In this document: piece by piece, positions 37,358 to 39,675 of the stretch | Numbering within the stretch: the first letter of the stretch is position 1 | Layout of the letters: each line of letters starts with the position of its first letter | Origin: a virus | Lineage: Duplodnaviria > Caudoviricetes | Length of the DNA stretch: 39,675 nt | Direction: 5' to 3' (one strand) | IMG/VR virus record: IMGVR_UViG_3300042371_000261 | Location: 1-39,675 of that record | Notes under the pieces: generated by a model | Databases searched by the model: none | Told to the model about the DNA's origin: nothing | The model's input: the letters and a program-made list of their open reading frames with translations, nothing else | Position numbers and translations under genes: made by a program

Positions 37358-37992
37358 GTGTATTTGCTGGGCCAGAAATAATCAATAGTGGATTAGTATT
37401 ATCTTTAGATGCTGCCAATCCAAAGTCGTATCCTGGTAGCGGAACAACTTGGTTTAATCTATGTGGAAGCGTGAATGGCACTCTTGTTAATGGACCAACT
37501 TTCAGTAATGTTAATGGTGGCGTTATTGTTCTAGATGGAGTTAATGATTACATTGATGTGCCATTAAATTTGACTAATACAACTTATACGGTTTTTGGCG
37601 CTGCTCGTTATGTTGTTGCCAGCGGAAGAACATTCTCGGGTAAAAATAATAACTGGTTAATGGGCCATTGGAGCAATTCAACTCAAAATCATTATGCAGA
37701 AGGATGGGTTAGTGGAGTAGGTGCTGGACCTTCCGATACGAACTGGAGAATATATGCTGCTACAGGAAATCAACCAACGGATTCGTGGGCATTTTACGTA
37801 AACGGCAATCTCAACGTTGGACCTAACGCTAGTGGAACTAATGGACCAAATGGATTTGCAATAGGTAGCAGTGCTGGTTCAGCCGAATTTTCTAACTCTC
37901 ATATTAGCAATCTGATCGTCTACAATCGTGTTTTATCAGCAACAGAAATCCAACAAAACTTCAACGCTCTTCGCGGTAGATTTGGAATCTAA
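37354..37992 (+). CDS. LamG-like domain protein 3
   Basis: GLVLSLDAANPKSYPGSGTTW, LDGVNDY and VYNRVLS..EI.QNFNALRGRFGI. Confidence 0.85.
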   Translation: MSVFAGPEIINSGLVLSLDAANPKSYPGSGTTWFNLCGSVNGTLVNGPTFSNVNGGVIVLDGVNDYIDVPLNLTNTTYTVFGAARYVVASGRTFSGKNNNWLMGHWSNSTQNHYAEGWVSGVGAGPSDTNWRIYAATGNQPTDSWAFYVNGNLNVGPNASGTNGPNGFAIGSSAGSAEFSNSHISNLIVYNRVLSATEIQQNFNALRGRFGI

Positions 37993-38005
37993 ATAGTAAC
38001 ATGGC
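37984..38005 (+). repeat. 22-bp direct repeat, copy 1 (includes late-type TCTAAATA)
   Basis: GGAATCTAAATAGTAACATGGC, identical to 38799-38820. Confidence 0.95.
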
Positions 38006-38150
38006 CAACACGTACAAAAATATTGTAATCACTCCAAATAGAGATACGGATATCAACGTAAGAGTGTATGCGGTTCAGAACGGAAAAATGTTGAAAAACT
38101 CATTGTGGAATTTTAATCGCATTTCTGTTTTTAAAAAGAGTCAAAAATAA
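38001..38150 (+). pseudogene. 49-aa relic of the N-terminus of the fibre gene at 38816
   Basis: MANTYKNIVITPNRDTD-INVRVY matches the 38816 ORF with a 57-bp internal deletion, then runs into unrelated sequence. Not in the ORF track. Confidence 0.75.
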
Positions 38151-38807
38151 ATGGCAATATATAATTCTATTCCTGCAGTTATCGATCAAATCGAAAGTTA
38201 TTTCGATGTTGAAAATCCAAAACTTTCGACTGGATATGTAAAGGATCTCATTTATGGTGGTAGTTATAAAATAACCATAACTAATGGAACACATGTCACA
38301 ACTACACCGAAATATTACAGTTTTAATGGTGCTAATACTTCAGGCGCAATAAGCTTATCTTCTGGTTATTCATATGAACCTCACACCATAGAGTTAGTAG
38401 TTAGACCACAAAATTTAACAGGCAATAGAACAATTTATTCTACTAATCAGTATGATATAATCTTTGCAAATAATCAAATTGGATTATATCATATATATGA
38501 TGATGCAATAAAACCATTTAGCACTCCTACTACTTTTGTAACCAACAATTGGTATCATATAGCAGTAACAATACCTGAGGTATATGATAATGATTCTTCT
38601 ACAGCATATGTGAATGGTATATCTCAAGGCACAACATCTGCGTTCTCAATTTATGATATCTTCAATAGACAATTAGGTTACTCAGTAAATGCACCTACTA
38701 ATCTTTTTTTAGGCGATTTTAGCATTCTTAGGACTTATGGTAAAACTTTAACACAATCTGAAATTATACAAAACTATAACGCTGCAAAAACTAGGTATGG
38801 AATCTAA
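38151..38807 (+). CDS. Divergent LamG-like domain protein 4
   Basis: YSFNG, NNWYHIAVT, AYVNG and TY.K.L..SEI.QNYNA.KTRYGI. Confidence 0.8.
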   Translation: MAIYNSIPAVIDQIESYFDVENPKLSTGYVKDLIYGGSYKITITNGTHVTTTPKYYSFNGANTSGAISLSSGYSYEPHTIELVVRPQNLTGNRTIYSTNQYDIIFANNQIGLYHIYDDAIKPFSTPTTFVTNNWYHIAVTIPEVYDNDSSTAYVNGISQGTTSAFSIYDIFNRQLGYSVNAPTNLFLGDFSILRTYGKTLTQSEIIQNYNAAKTRYGI

Positions 38808-38820
38808 ATAGTAACATGGC
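38799..38820 (+). repeat. 22-bp direct repeat, copy 2
   Basis: GGAATCTAAATAGTAACATGGC. Confidence 0.95.
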
Positions 38821-39675
38821 TAATACATACAAAAACATAGTAATCACTCCAAACAGAGATACGGACGCAGCGAATGTGCCTTCCATTCGTTTCTCTGGTG
38901 GTGATGGAACTTCAAATACGGATATCAACGTAAGAGTATATACAACTCAGAGCGGAACATTATCTTTTGAAGGTTCTGCTGGCCAGCTATTTTCTATTAC
39001 CAATGACCTGACGAATACAATCTTTTCAGTTAATGACGTTTCAGGTATTCCGTCTGTTGAAGTAAATGCTAGTGGATTGATAACACTTGCTCAATTTGGC
39101 GGAAATGTCGGTATCGGTAGAGCGAATGCCAACTATAAAGTTGATGTGGTTGGTAGTGTGAATGCCAGTTCGTTCTTTATTAACGGCAGTCCAACAAACA
39201 TTCAGGGTGTTACTGGTACTCAAGGTACTATGGGCACACAGGGAACAACGGGTACTCAAGGTACAACGGGTACTCAAGGCGCTAATGGTTTTCAAGGCAT
39301 TCAAGGTACTACTGGCACAACAGGTCTTCAAGGTACAACTGGTACTCAAGGCACAACTGGAACTCAAGGTACTCAGGGTCGTCAAGGTGTCCAAGGTGCT
39401 AATGGATTCCAAGGTACTACTGGCACAACAGGTCTTCAAGGTACAACTGGTACTCAAGGCACAACTGGAACTCAAGGTACTACAGGTACTCAAGGCGCTA
39501 ACGGATTTCAGGGTCTTCAAGGTACTCAGGGCCGTCAAGGTACAGATGGATCTCAAGGTATTCAAGGTCGTCAAGGTATCCAAGGTGCTAATGGATTCCA
39601 AGGTACCACAGGCACTCAAGGCACTACAGGATCAACAGGTGGTACAGGCACTCAGGGAACCACAGGCACTCAAGG
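38816..39675 (+). CDS. Second collagen-like fibre (3' end truncated by window edge)
   Basis: Read by hand: MANTYKNIVITPNRDTDAANVPSIRFSGG...LSFEGSAGQLFSI...FSVNDVSGIPSVEV...GNVGIG, then Gly-X-Y repeats from about 39206. No stop in the window, which explains its absence from the ORF track. Confidence 0.85.
   Translation, partial: MANTYKNIVITPNRDTDAANVPSIRFSGGDGTSNTDINVRVYTTQSGTLSFEGSAGQLFSITNDLTNTIFSVNDVSGIPSVEVNASGLITLAQFGGNVGIGRANANYKVDVVGSVNASSFFINGSPTNIQGVTGTQGTMGTQGTTGTQGTTGTQGANGFQGIQGTTGTTGLQGTTGTQGTTGTQGTQGRQGVQGANGFQGTTGTTGLQGTTGTQGTTGTQGTTGTQGANGFQGLQGTQGRQGTDGSQGIQGRQGIQGANGFQGTTGTQGTTGSTGGTGTQGTTGTQ

Noticed and set aside
35713-38820. Diversity-generating retroelement or invertase shufflon acting on the LamG genes
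   Set aside because: No reverse transcriptase or recombinase in the window. Repeat differences are not adenine-specific, and the repeats are direct rather than inverted.

Overview
This window is a segment of an AT-rich T4-like (myovirus) phage genome. It starts with replication genes (gp59 helicase loader, truncated by the window edge, and gp32 SSB). A minus-strand block follows: gp4, gp2, a gp54/gp19-like gene, gp26, gp51 and a 750-aa protein with two putative peptidoglycan hydrolase domains. Next is the plus-strand baseplate module: gp48, gp53, gp27-like hub, a gp5 split across two genes, gp25, gp6, gp7, gp8 and a 2221-aa VrlC-like protein. The rest is a large accessory fibre/adhesin region with GAN-repeat fibres, a Gly-rich gp38-like adhesin, a tandem 2OG-Fe(II) oxygenase, proline-free collagen-like fibres and a LamG-like array. 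The most notable observations are: (i) a U_UUU_UUU slippery site that would fuse gp26 to gp51 by a -1 frameshift, like lambda gpG/gpGT; (ii) a perfect TTGACA-17-TATAAT promoter pointing antisense into the gp4 nuclease gene; (iii) a polyproline plus Hint autoprocessing insert in the giant structural protein; (iv) a LamG cassette flanked by 22-bp direct repeats, carrying a deleted relic of the downstream fibre gene; (v) a split gp5 without lysozyme, with candidate muralytic domains in the gene after gp51 instead. All assignments come from reading motifs and gene order by eye; no database searches were run.
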